This document shows positions 28,841 through 39,855 of a stretch of DNA of 64,000 bases, piece after piece. Numbering within the stretch: the first letter of the stretch is position 1; the number at the start of each line of letters is the position of its first letter. The translations under genes and the position numbers were made by a program. The notes below the pieces were generated by a model. The model saw only the letters and a program-made list of their open reading frames with translations, searched no databases and was not told where the DNA came from. Origin of the DNA: Lingula anatina (taxonomy: Eukaryota > Animalia > Brachiopoda); NCBI GenBank assembly GCA_051362555.1, contig CM120647.1, forward strand, positions 2,046,001 through 2,110,000. Direction: 5' to 3'.

Positions 28841-29549
28841 TAAGACTTCAGTACTGTGCATTTTTAGGCCAGGATGCAATGCACAATACACATAACTAAA
28901 GCATAGGTTTGTTTTAATTTTAGGAAAGGTGTAATAAGATTCATGTGGTCGCATGTGGCCTTGATTTAAGAGAGAAGGCAGTCTTCTTTGTCCTCACTTC
29001 AGCTATGGCTGCATGTATTAAACTTGCCATGTGGGTAGTTAAACTTTTTAATTTTAAATGTAAAGATTGTGCAGTGAGATCATGAGAAAATGGATTTCAA
29101 TACTGGGTCTTTATTTGGAAAGAAGATCATAACATTTCAACCTTTTTCTTCCGGTTTGATTTGAAAATGTCAGTATAATTTAACACGATAAATCAAAATA
29201 TTCACTTTGATATTAAATTGAAAAGATAACAATATAAGTTGCATGTAAGGGATTCACAGCTTTCCTGCCAGCAAGTAAATAGTGTGATATTGAAAATACT
29301 TCCCAGTCAAAAATAATTTGGTCAGGGCAATTGAGAAGTCTGAATAGTTAAGTAACTTGTGGTGGCTTACGAAGGCGAAAGTCATATAAAATATCATTGT
29401 GGAATGAAAAATACCATTCATATTTTATAAGTTGAGGTATTTTACTGAGCCAGAAGGTCTATACACCGGGCCGTGTTGAATACCTGGGCTTCGTGTCTGC
29501 AGAAATTAAAGTACAACAATATCTTTTTAAATATATAGAAATGTATGAA

Positions 29550-29612
<63 letters not shown>

Positions 29613-32600
29613 TGATCATTGCATCTGTCCATGCCATCACCATCTACATCCAGCATAAATGTTTGTTATGCTCTGACTTCTAAACTGTTTGTATGTATAT
29701 TTCAGTTTTCGTTAAACTTAATAAAGCTGATGAATATTCATAAAATACAGTTCCAGTTTTAAAATCAACTTGATGGGACTTTTTTCTCGAAGTTGTGCTT
29801 TTTTCAACAATACAGATAACTAATAAAGTGGAAAACCATTTGACGTATTGTCTTCAAACTTACAGGATGGATGGATATTACTAAAATACGGCTCGAGGTT
29901 GAAAACCAGCATCATCAGATCATTTTTGTTGAAGTAATATGCTTTCTTTTGAGGAATATTCATTTCCCACGTATTGGCATTTTCAAGGTTGTGTGACTTT
30001 GAACAACTATGGGCTTAGAGACTTTTGTTAGTCACATCTTCTGATTGTCCATGTTACTTTAAAATGGTGGTGATTATGTTGACCATTAAATGAAAACCAC
30101 TTAACCTATGATTCCCAGATGCCCACAAAAATCAGCATGACTGAATTATATGAGAATTACAGATTTATCTTTTGTATGTATTTTGATGATACTTGGCCCA
30201 TGCCGAAGTGCATTCTTGTTATTTGTTCCACTTCATATTTTTCTGTGTTTTACTTCGTTTGGTAATGAGGTAGGTTTCTTTTTGAAATCATCTTGATTAT
30301 TTGTCCAGACACGCTGTGTCTATGCAAACAGTCATCACCTGCATCAGGCTTTGGCATTTTTATAATGTCACCACACTGTGACCACAGTGTACTTTTTGCA
30401 GTTGCAATATATGGAAAATTCTGTGACTAATTGTCCTTTAACTTAGTGGAAAGGATTATAGCAATAAAACAAATTATTAAAAAAAACTATTTTGTGCTCT
30501 GTCAGCTTTAACTAAATCATATTGTCAGTGTTAAATAAATTGTTGTGTTCAGTTGATAACAGCTTAGAATGCTACTAGTGAATCAGTAGTGTGTGTTGAT
30601 GGTTGGTTTGAAAACCAAAAGAGCTTGTGAAGAATGGAAAACATTTAGTTCTTTCAGACAGGGCATTCCTGATGCTGAGGTGAAAATTTTCAAATTTATT
30701 ATGATTATCATTATTAGTATTATGAAATTTTCAAAACTCCTTGTCTTGTAACTTGCCTAGATGTCATTGAACTTTTTTTTTTAATTTAATTGGTTTAATC
30801 TTCGTAAATATTCCATATTTGATGTTTGGTTTCTAGAATTATATTTAAGTCATAAAAGACAATGTGAAATAATCAAGGAGTAATTTTCATATTTCAATAA
30901 AGATATACCAATGGAAATTTTTCCTTTCAGAGCCCTCATAGACGTCCCGTCCCCCCCAGCAACCTGCCCCTCCACACAGTGCAGCAAAGCAGTGGCAGTG
31001 ACTTGGCCCTGATGTCTGGGTTTGCACCTCCCATCTACCCATATGGTCTGGAATCGCCAGTAACCCCAGGAGACGGTTCCTCTTACAAGTTCATCCCCGT
31101 CCCCCTGCCAAGTCCAGTGGTCAGTTCTAGGAGTCCACTCCGCACTGGGGGTTCTGGACATCAGCTATATCCTTATCATGCCTCAGCGTTTTCTTTGTCC
31201 TCCTCTGTGGGCAGTTGTCCAGTGCCCAGTAACAGTGTAGGTCAAGGTCAACAGGTGTCCAGTTCACTGACCACTATACATCATCCTGTGTCCACAGTGG
31301 CCACACACAGCGGGAGACTTCTCCACAGTAATCATTTGGTTTCTACAGGAAAGCTGGGTCATGGCGGGGTTGTTATCCCAGCTACCACGTCAAACAACTT
31401 GCCTCCCAGCATGCAACAGTTGGTCCACGTGGCAGTTTCTCAGAAGTTATTGTCACAGTTTGCTCCAGGTTCCGCCATGGCACAAACACTGGATGACAGT
31501 GGAACGCGGACGGGAGATGCAGGATCACATGACCTAGGATCACATGACCAGCCCATTGACCTCAGCATGCACGATGAGAAGAAATCATCTGTGCAGAAGT
31601 TACAGACGATGGTTTCAGACATAGCGGTGGTGGCAACATCCCCTCTTTCACCAACATTGAACCCAGAGAGGCAACCTTCTGAGAGCAAGGCCAAGTGTCA
31701 GACTTCATCGTCACAGGTCACTTATGTGAGTGGAGACAACAAGGCCCCCTATGAGATAGTTCCTATCCCTGGTCAAGTCATTGATAACTCAGATTCCTTG
31801 GTTGATGGTAAATATGTGTGTGCTGTGTGTAACAAGAGCTTTCCACAGCAACACCAGCTGACGCTTCACAAGAACATCCACGCCATAGAGCGCCCACACA
31901 AATGTGACGACTGCTCTATCTCCTTCCGCACCTTGGGTCACCTTCAGAAACACCAAAGGTCAGAGAGTCACCACAAGTCTCACTCCATTAACAGGCAATT
32001 TGGTACCCCGACGACCGATAACCCGCGCCCCTTCAGGTGTGAGGACTGTAATATAGCCTTCCGTATCCACGGCCATCTTGCCAAACATCTGCGCTCCAAG
32101 GCACATATTGCCAGTCTGGAAAGGCTTGCCAAGATTCCGCCGGGGGCCCTGGTGCTGCTGGAGAAGAATGATCTCAGCCTGATAGATGCCACTGATGGGC
32201 AGACGTCATTGGAGAGCATTCAGCAGATGTTGAGTGAACACGAAGAGGGCGCCAGAGGAACTGGTGTCCAGTCTTTGGTCAAACAGGGGCCGAGTGGCAC
32301 GCCTACCTCCCAGTGGTCGACTCCTCATTGCCAAGGCTCATCTCTTAATGTACCCACATCCTTACCTCAACCTATCCCAGCAACCCACAGCCAGAATATC
32401 CCATCATCCTCTGCTCAGTTTCTCCAGACCCATGCTATCCCACAATCCCATGTTTGGCATAATCCCTCCAGTACAGTCCAACATGTCCCTGCGTCCTTCC
32501 CACCACCGCCCCTCCTGGTACAGACAACACAGGGAGCACCAGCCACAGGAACTCTGCCTCAACATGTGAACTCCGCTTCAGTTTACGAGAATGTTCAGTC

Positions 32601-34835
32601 ACAGGGTATCCCAACTACAACAATGGCGAGGCAAGGGTCAGCTGAGAGCCAGCAGGTGGTGCCAGAGGTGCTGGAGCAGCGCAGTCCCCAGAGTGACTCC
32701 AGAGAAGATGGTCTAGTGTTTGCATTCTGCGGCAGGGAGGGCTATAGGCCGAACCCTCTCAAGTCCAACGCCAATGTCAGCGTGGAAATCAAGAGTGAGC
32801 CAATAGAAATGCATGATATAAAGACTCAGGAGGCTGGCTATGGCGACCGGCACCACTCCGAATCCTGCGTCTTGAAGTGTCAGCTTTGTGGGAAGGAGTG
32901 CATCAGTCAGGAAAGTCTACGCTATCACTTAGGTAAGACATTAGAACAATGACTCGGTCGTTTCAGTGGGTAAAAACGGGGAATTTTACAGATACTGCAT
33001 TTCTTTAAGTGAGGAATTATTCAAGTTTGAATATTCCTATTGAGTGGAAGCAACAGGGCTGAAAAGCTGGCTATGTAATAGTTTTATTCTATACTATAAT
33101 AGTAAAAACACCAAAATTTTCTTGATTGCTAAATTATGCATCTGAAAAATTGATAATAGTTTCCCATTATAGAAAAAAAGAGACATTAACGCACTATATG
33201 AAAACACCAGCTTTGATCAAGATAATTTAAAAAAATTTTTTTCTTATTGTACAAAGATTTTCTAAGCTATAAATTGCTTACTTTATTAACTTCAAATCCA
33301 TCTCTCCATTCTACAGTGTTAGATATTCTGTGGAAATGATATTTCTCAATATTTATTTTTCTATATATTTCAGTGGAAAGTCACCATGCAGGTGCCCCAA
33401 GACAAGCTGGTCCCTTGCCAGTGTCAGCGCCATCTGCTGGGTCATCAATGGCAGCAGGCCCCCCACTGAGAGAATGTAACATTTGTTACCAGACGTTTGG
33501 AAGCATTTCTGCTCTCAAGGTGAACAATTAAAATGGAGATTATTTTAAATGTTTATTAGTGTTATCATAGACATGTGCATACATATATTATCTATTGTTT
33601 ATTATCTACAGCAGAAGTACAAAAAATAAAAATAAGGCAAGCAGTTATTTGTACATCCTAAAAAAGAAATAAAAGGTGTCACATATCCCCGCACATCCTC
33701 ACATTGCTAAGAGTAGCTCACACTCAGAGACCCTGTACTTTTGTTATCTATGACAATGCCTTGGCCCTATTAGGAAGATTTTTGCAATGATCTTTATAAT
33801 AACAGCATAAACTTATGTGTGAAAAAAATGTTCAGTGCTAAAAAAAGAATTATCTACCTACTCCCGCTCCCCAAGGACCCCCCCCCCCCCCCTCCATACA
33901 CACATAAATTATGTCTGGTCATTCCACATCCCTTTTTATAGGTCTATCAATCCCAAAAAGTCTTAAATTCCCCATTTTAATGGCCAAGAAGGAGATAGCT
34001 GAAACTACAATGTAGAATATTAAAATCAGCCAACCCCCAGGGACAGCCCTACCCAAAGTCGCTCTAAAATCACAAAATGCCCATGCACTTCTTTGATGAT
34101 AGGTTTACCATTTCCCTAAATTTCAACTTCCTCACTCAAATGGAAGAGATAGCAGAAATTACAAAAATTATGTAAAATAATCATAAGAATCATCCACCCC
34201 CAACAGACAGCCAAACCCTCTGTTACAAATTGTGAAGTGCTTGTGAACATGCCTGATGATAGATCTATCAGTCCCCAAGGTTTCGAAATTCCTAACTCTA
34301 GTAGTCTAAGAGGAGATAACAAAATAAGTAACACAGAACACATGTGTGAGATAACATGATCCCCAAGTTTTGTCCCAAAAGGACAGGGATGAAGAATAGT
34401 TAGGGTTTGGTACAGAGCCTCAGGCTTGAACCATTTAAAGCTTAAACTGATACAGTTACATCTCAAGTTAAACATTGTTATTTTGTGCTTTTTTTACTTT
34501 CATGAATGATATTTGAATGAGTAAGAAAGTGTACAAATGCTGCTTGCTACAAATCCATATACTTTTCAAATCTCACAAGATACAATTTCTGAACAAGATA
34601 TGGGAATTGCAGCAGAATTTGTTTGAAGGAGTGGCAAAAAATGAGATCCTATGTATTTCAAGTGATGAGGACTAAATTGTGATTTCAGCAACACCTGGTG
34701 ACCCACGCAGAGCTGAGGCCATATATATGTGAGTTCTGTGACGCTGGCTTCACCACCCCCCACAATCTGAAGACGCACCTGAAAACACACACACAGGTAA
34801 TGTGGGGCTGATCAGTGAAGACTGGGGGACTTCTA

Positions 34836-34879
<44 letters not shown>

Positions 34880-35760
34880 TAATCCTCCTCTGCACGTAAA
34901 TTGGCAAAATAACCTCCTATGTGCATCTTTATTTTCTGCTTTTTGTCTGTACATTTGACAGCTTTGCTGCTTTGTTTTTTATCGTCCATTGTGAGAGCAA
35001 TCTTCTGCAAAGCAAGTTAGCATCATTATAGTTTATTATTTATTTGTAATTTATTGAAAAAATGAACATTGAAAAAAATACAGGATAATTCCTTTCTGCT
35101 TGTGCTAAGTTATACACAGTTTGATTTCTAAATTATTGTAACTGCTCTAAATTTCTAAATTATTGTAACTGCTCTTAAAGTTGAAACATCTTACTTTTTC
35201 CAGTGGTGTTATCATTTCTTTACAACATAAAGCATTGTGCTTAAATCCAGTGCATTGGGTACTTTAGGCCAATTACTTGCCTCTGGGCACCCATTCAGTT
35301 ATATTCAGATTCAGTTTAGTAACTGTAGTCGTAACTGAACTCGTATTTTCTTCTCCACCAGGAGAGGCCATATGTGTGCGGGTGGTGCGGAGAGCACTTC
35401 ACGAATTCAGACGAGCTCAAAAACCACCTGCTGCTCCATGTGGAGGAGACCTACAAAACCAATGCCTTGCCAGGGACTGCCTCGGACACTGGACCTGCCT
35501 GTATCCCCCAAGGTCAAGGTCATATCAGTCAAAGCACAGATCCAAGTGCTGCTCAGCAAAGTGGGTCATTTTCTCAAAAAGAAACTGTCCACCAAGACCC
35601 CAGTAGAAGTATTACCGATGATAAGCAAATGTCGTGTCCTTCTGGGGCAGCGGATAGAACTTCAGACAATAATAATAAAGGAGGCCACCAGAACATAACT
35701 GTAGATGGCACCACTGTGACTACTGCAGGAGATCAAAGACTATCAAAGATGGACTCCTGA
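3771..35760 (+). CDS. shn: Schnurri/HIVEP (ZAS-family) zinc-finger transcription factor, 15 coding exons, about 3218 aa
   Basis: Phase-consistent GT-AG exons: 3771-3810, 9589-9666, 11075-11221, 11410-11906, 12292-12511, 12891-17998, 18696-18943, 24205-24327, 24635-24708, 25179-25412, 26412-26644, 30931-32932, 33374-33519, 34689-34796, 35362-35760 (sum 9657 nt). Diagnostic ZAS fingers [38 protein letters not shown] and [32 protein letters not shown]...[14 protein letters not shown] followed by an acidic tract; N-terminus MPRRKAVFP resembles HIVEP1 MPRTKQIHP. Small non-finger exons are less certain. Confidence 0.93.
6334..6553. mobile_element. MITE family A, copy 1 (about 220 bp, imperfect TIRs, TA ends)
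   Basis: Near-identical to 48678-48896; ends AGACCCCATTTCCAGAG ... CTCTGGGAATACAGCCT with TAGATCGATCTA-type subterminal palindromes. Confidence 0.85.
9764..10733 (+). mobile_element. HINE/Helentron-like (DINE-1-type) non-autonomous element with four 146-bp core repeats
   Basis: Subterminal inverted repeats ATTGTACCACCAGC (9764) / GCTGGTGGTACAAT (10684), 146-bp tandem units starting 9961, 10107, 10253, 10399, 3' hairpin GAGGCG-gtat-CGCCTC and CTAGTT end. Confidence 0.8.
9779..9937. mobile_element. Hairpin (MITE-like) segment nested in the HINE-like element
   Basis: About 60-bp inverted arms TATCCAGAATTGTGCAATAGATGATAAAAGCATGAAA... / ...TTTCATGCTGTTATCATCTTTTGCACAATTCTGGATA, TA at both ends. 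Confidence 0.75.
12891..17998 (+). CDS. shn: Schnurri giant exon (5108 nt): ZAS-N finger pair, C2HC finger, AT-hook, ZAS-C finger pair
   Basis: Acceptor TTTCCCAG ending 12890, donor GAG/GTCAGT after 17998; covers ORF 12989..18118; [24 protein letters not shown] (C2HC) and RKKGRPKG (AT-hook). Confidence 0.95.
20754..20940. repeat. (GA)n compound microsatellite
   Basis: Long GA runs; source of the ERERER/SLSLSL ORFs. Confidence 0.95.
21320..21409 (+). CDS. Candidate 90-nt cassette exon of Schnurri (phase 2-2)
   Basis: TTCTGGTACAG acceptor and CCCCAG/GTAAGC donor; open in the required phase ([29 protein letters not shown]); matches the phase-2 intron 18944-24204. Confidence 0.45.
21357..21927 (+). 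repeat. Minisatellite, 108-120 bp unit, 5 copies, each with a 5' splice-site consensus
   Basis: Units GCACTATATGGGGAG...GGAGCCCCAG/GTAAGCAGTGA-(G)n-(GA)n-GACATGGGGACAA starting near 21357, 21476, 21592, 21700, 21810. Confidence 0.92.
23104..23278. mobile_element. MITE family B, copy 1
   Basis: TIRs ACAGGCTCGTAGCCAG / CTGGCTACAGGCCTGT; reverse-complement match to 54212-54389. Confidence 0.8.
23305..23625 (+). mobile_element. Degenerate SINE-like element
   Basis: Decayed tRNA-like head, central GGGTGTATTCTCCCCAGGGAG segment resembling conserved metazoan SINE cores (from memory), (TTA)n tail. Confidence 0.4.
29552..29610. repeat. (TA)n microsatellite
   Basis: Uninterrupted TA run; similar runs at 37597-37660 (TA), 37433-37460 (TG), 37819-37855 (CA), 52840-52875 (TTA), 61808-61850 and 63898-63945 (TTTA). 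Confidence 0.95.
30931..32932 (+). CDS. shn: Schnurri exon with PIDLS motif, three-finger cluster and start of a further finger
   Basis: Acceptor CCTTTCAG, donor G/GTAAGA; YVCAVC..H..H, HKCDDC..H...[26 protein letters not shown]; in frame with ORF 30979..32952. Confidence 0.93.
35362..35760 (+). CDS. shn: Schnurri terminal coding exon (last C2H2 finger and tail)
   Basis: Acceptor CTCCACCAG; [26 protein letters not shown] continues the HTQ/ERPY linker from exon 34689-34796; TGA at 35758-35760. Confidence 0.9.
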   Translation, partial: ERPYVCGWCGEHFTNSDELKNHLLLHVEETYKTNALPGTASDTGPACIPQGQGHISQSTDPSAAQQSGSFSQKETVHQDPSRSITDDKQMSCPSGAADRTSDNNNKGGHQNITVDGTTVTTAGDQRLSKMDS

Positions 35761-36772
35761 TGAACCGGTTCAATTGAAATACAGCAACATGAAACTTTGG
35801 CATGTTAGCAAAGGCTTTATATATACATCATCATTTGATTTGGTTGTGAATTAATGTTGGACTTATCATCAAGACAATAAGATCAATTTCAAAAATGCTA
35901 CCAGTAAAAAAAATTAATAAGCTAGCAGCATGAAAAAAATATTTCGGTTCTGTTTGATAATTATCAAATATGATCCAACTACCAAGCTGATGAACATATT
36001 TCCTAAGTTTTATCAAGTTTATAATATTTCTTACACTGAGCTATGCTTATGCAATGCACTATACTCAGTTTTTGAAAAACAGTTTAAAGGCATGGTGATT
36101 TTTAGTTTCTGGAGGTACTAGCAGGGGTGAAGATAGTTTGTTTTGGGGTGTGGTGATATTACCTAATATTTGCTCAGTTAATCTGAAGAAAGCGGTATAT
36201 GTGCTCTGGCTCTCTTACTGTATGAAAGATAAATTTATGAAAAGAATGATGACGTAGAGGGCAGTGATACATGCATATTTTGATGGGTAACTTTAAATAC
36301 TTCAAGGATATCAGAATAACCCAGATAGCTTGTTGAAACATGTTAGAACATATCTATTAACCAGTGAATTTGCGTGCTTTAACTAATTGTTAAATTGGCA
36401 TTCCAAAGCAAAATGTATCCAGATAATTTTGATCATTGACAGGCCTACTCCAAATGATTGAAGATTGTTATATGTCCCTGTATGTCCAGGCATGCTTTAC
36501 TTGTAATAATTAATTGTTGGTCATTAAGCAGTTATAACAGATAACTTTATATAAAATTTAATATAATTTTTGGTGGGATATCTGAAGAGATAAGATCAGT
36601 TTACTGGACAGGGTGCATAAGACCATGGTGGCAGGCTGCACAGTGATTTCAGCAATACTACTGGGGGAGGGGGGGGGCGTCAGGGGGATTGGTAGGATAA
36701 CTTAACAAATGGTTCATTGGAATTTATAGCACATTGTAATATACATGTAAATGGAATGTACATACCAGGAGG

Positions 36773-36778
36773 AATAAA
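36773..36778 (+). terminator. Candidate poly(A) signal of Schnurri
   Basis: AATAAA about 1 kb after the stop codon followed by T-rich sequence; ATTAAA alternative at 36831. Confidence 0.35.
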
Positions 36779-37257
36779 TATATGTCTCTTATTAGAGATT
36801 ATGAATTGTGTACCTTTGATTTGATTTTTTATTAAATATGCCATCTGCTAACTTTGATAAATTTAAAAGCTTTAGATTTGTACCTGTATGCCTTTCCCCC
36901 CCCCCTCTCTCCCCCCCCTCCCTCTCTCCCTCTCTCTCGCTCTCTCTGGACTATCACCGGTGTACCATGGAAATCTGACCCCCCTAAAAAGTGACTCCCC
37001 AGTCAGATTTTCATTATGAAAATGTGACTCCCCCTATGAAATTTTGACTCCCCCCCCCCCCCCAAAAAAAAAAAACATTCATTAACCTCATTTAATTTGA
37101 GTAAATGACTATGATCTTGTAGTATGCATAATGGAGGGTACACATTATGTGCACATTTTTAATTTTCTTATCTTTTCATGAAAATTTTCACCTGCAAACT
37201 ACAAAAAAATGCCAATGGATCCTCCATTTTACATACTGTTCTTCCGCGTACTTATTT

Positions 37258-37430
37258 CACTGTGTGTGCAAGCTCTCGCCCTACTTGGGCAGCAAGCAGT
37301 TATAATTAAGAAGGATTTTTGTGTGTGCGGGCGGCGTGTTTGTGTTAATATGCTTGAGTATGTATGCTTGAGAATTGAACCAGGGTTTGTGCTTGTGTGT
37401 GTGTGAGCGTTCGCACGTACGTGCACGCGC

Positions 37431-37461
<31 letters not shown>

Positions 37462-37591
37462 ATGTAGAGCCTATTTTTCCATTTGGTGCCGTATTATTAT
37501 TTGCATCTTATCATCTTTATTGCGCTTTGATAACAATATATCAGATAACATAATCAAATCTCGTCAATTTATCTTATTATTCCACAAATAA

Positions 37592-37666
<75 letters not shown>

Positions 37667-37813
37667 AAATACAAATTCACACAAAAGAGGCAAACTCAGA
37701 GTAAACGTGTTCACTTAATTAATATTAACAAAAGTAGAAAAGAGCATTATACAATTTGCTAAATTGATAATAATAGTTTTAGATAGATATACACAAAACC
37801 ATGTTGCTTACAT

Positions 37814-37858
<45 letters not shown>

Positions 37859-39855
37859 CACTGGCTTAATCGCACTATGTGATATTTCCCCATTACTGAC
37901 AGATATAAAGGAATAAACGGACATGTATATACTCTGGTCCTTATACACCCTCAATGTAGAAGCGTCAGTGTACATTGGCATACATGCACTCAGGGAGAAA
38001 TAAAATGCTTTAAACATGTTCAAAACAATGTTTTGCGCTGCTTATATCTTCGTTTTAACACGTTGGAATCGAGTGTTGGGAGATCGAATATAGCAATAAT
38101 AACGGTTTAGAGAACAAATAATATTTGATAAATTTACTTCAGTAGAGAAGGGGTAAAAAGGATATTGATTGAAGTTGCTGTAAGCCCCCGTAGAGGCGTT
38201 CAAAAATTGTGCTACCGTCGGTATTTCACGACGTCAGCACGGGGTATTGGGTATAGTTTTCAACTAGCAATAACCACGCCTCGGATAAACCTCATTGGCT
38301 ATGGTACCGCCACTGCGCAAAGCTGATGAATATGGGTTTCTTCTACGTTTTTATACAAACGCAAGCTACCTTTCACAATGGTGTTTCATGACTACAACGT
38401 AAGAGAAGCAACGCGTATAATTTCACATTGTATTCAAACAGAATAATGGTAACAAATATCAGACAGAAAACTATTTATTCTTAAAATTGATTTCTGACAA
38501 AAAAGCTCTTTTAAAACAAACATTAGAAAATTCATGACAGACGTCCTGTTCTTCATGAAGTGTTGGTTCGCTGCAGTCTGACTAGTTATTCTCCTGAGCC
38601 TGGAGCCTGCCATCATTGGGACAATTAGACGCACAGAACTCTCTTTACGTCTAATTGGTCTAATGGCTTATTCAGATCGACAAAGGATAGAAAACCAACC
38701 AAGGTGTGTTCATTAATTTAGGTCTCGTGTCTGGAAAAGTGAAGCGGGAGCAGGCTCTCAGTAGCTGTTCGTACCGCCTTTACTTGTACCGATACCCAAT
38801 GATCAAGTGAATTTCCACGCTGACGCCTGCAATATCCCGGAAGTCAGATCTTGCAAAATTCGAGAGAGATTTTTTGCGATTGTTACAGTGTAATGCCCCC
38901 AATAATGTCCTGTTCCGGAGAGAATAATGTACTTAGTAGTTATGGTCTGTCATTCGTACTTTGCAGAATGTAATTTTTCTTAATCTCCCAGAGTGTCGAA
39001 ATCATGTTCACAATCTTTTTAAAGAATAATAAAATAATAACAATAGAAGGATGACATAACGGGCTACATGTACAAGGCAAAAATGTTGATCTTTATAAAG
39101 TGAAAACGTTTTATTTTTACCTAATCCATACTCTTCTTCCAGCCTGTGCCCATATGCGTATTGCAGGCGGTACGAAAAGCTACTCTGAGCCTACCTCGCT
39201 TCATCAGACACTTTTCCAGGTATCTTAAGAGGTATAGAATTGACTTTTTTATAAGCACGTTGGACATTAGGAACCATAACATGTCAACGTAAGCAATGAT
39301 AAATCTTATTTCATATTAATTTTAAGGAAAAAAATATCCTTATATCAAGCGGGTTATTGCTGGGATATTTTTCTGGATGTATTCGTCTCCTTATCCCGGT
39401 GATAAGATGATATACCGGTATTAAGAAAGAAGTCCACTTTCTGTTCCAAAAATTATATTATTTCTCATTCAGTCATCGCACTGCCAATACGATTCTCAAT
39501 TGAAAAGTACAATTAAAATCTTTCAGGTAACTGTCTTGAAACTCTGGAGGAAACTGCCCGAAAGTAATAACTTGAAAATAGCTACTTGAAATTATCTGTA
39601 GCTGACAGCAAGTGAATTTAGGGACTGTTCACATGGAAAATCTATTTTCTAAAAATCTAAAAATCTATTTGCGGTATCTTGTGATCACGGTCTGTGCCCT
39701 GAATACCCCACGGCGTAATTACTGGCAGCGCTAGCCAGTTACTTCCAAAGCTGTAATTAATCATCGGCGCTGTGGGTTAGTATATAGGACGAACCTGTAC
39801 AATGTAATGGGAAGCGGACTACGGTTCCTAGCGGACTTCCATTCCCGTTTCACCG
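37258..39855. repeat. Local duplication block A (collinear with 52390-59353)
   Basis: 37931-38700 ~ 53052-53820; 38811-39275 ~ 57456-57921; 39277-39620 ~ 58546-58983; 39774-39855 ~ 59258-59353; same order and orientation. Confidence 0.85.
38730..39220. mobile_element. About 490-bp non-autonomous element with imperfect TIRs
   Basis: CTGGAAAAGTGAAGCGGGAGCAGGCTCTCAGTAGCTGTTCGTACCGCCT versus AGGCGGTACGAAAAGCTACTCTGAGCCTACCTCGCTTC...CACTTTTCCAG. Confidence 0.55.

Noticed and set aside
38434-38634. ORF repeated at 53545-53754 as a conserved small gene
   Set aside because: Similarity follows from the DNA duplication and is no higher than in flanking non-coding sequence.
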